NCBI GenBank assembly: GCA_030390025.1
Contig: CM059425.1
Coordinates: 165,976,001-166,040,000 of the forward strand
Reading direction: 5' to 3'
Length of the DNA stretch: 64,000 nt
DNA from: Squalus acanthias
Lineage: Eukaryota
Of the stretch, positions 63,713 through 64,000 are shown piece by piece (the first letter of the stretch is position 1; every line of letters starts with the position of its first letter). Both the position numbers and the translations under genes were made by a program. The notes under the pieces were generated by a model, which was given only the letters and a program-made list of their open reading frames with translations, did not search any database and was not told where the DNA came from.

Positions 63713-64000
63713 AAAAAACATTCTTACCTTGTTTTTCATTAAAGGAAAACATTCTGACTTATACCCAGCAAACTTAAGTGGGCAGAATGCACCTACTTCA
63801 TCATCATTGCACCCACAGAACTCAGTCGATATAGTTATGTATCCCATAATCTACAGCTATGCTCAGCCGAATATTCCAGCTGGTCATCAAAATCATATTT
63901 CAAAACTTAACTATGCCAAAAGACATACATATTTGGAATAAAATATAGATAGTTAGAACCATAGAAGCTTACAGCACACAGAGAAAATTCAGCCCATTGT

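Noticed and set aside
51077..64000. Next upstream CHD1 coding exon (expected ...QIVERII)
   Set aside because: I could not find it by reading; it probably lies beyond the window.

Overview
This is vertebrate genomic DNA. The repeat content (CR1, L2, RTE and Penelope retroelements, DeuSINE and LF-SINE-like SINEs) points to a cartilaginous fish, though that is an inference. The whole window lies inside one minus-strand gene, CHD1 (chromodomain-helicase-DNA-binding protein 1). I mapped 25 consecutive GT-AG coding exons by hand from 51076 down to 573. They total 3590 nt with consistent phases and no stops seen, and cover chromodomain 2, the SNF2 ATPase/helicase lobes, the SANT-SLIDE DNA-binding region, an 88-codon K/E-rich exon and the C-terminal CHCT/DUF4208 region. 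Both ends of the gene lie outside the window. The introns are packed with nested LINEs, SINEs and MITEs. The most notable non-genic observations are: (1) a loop-less 180-bp palindromic Penelope-type insert with a minimal hammerhead-ribozyme motif on each strand; (2) a decayed DIRS tyrosine-recombinase retroelement filling an intron and abutting a CHD1 acceptor, plus a probable second one; (3) two candidate poison (NMD) exons; (4) a TACTAAC/ACTAAT pair at the acceptor following the 264-nt exon. No database searches were run, so family names rest on recognised motifs and repeat boundaries are approximate unless TIRs or TSDs are stated.
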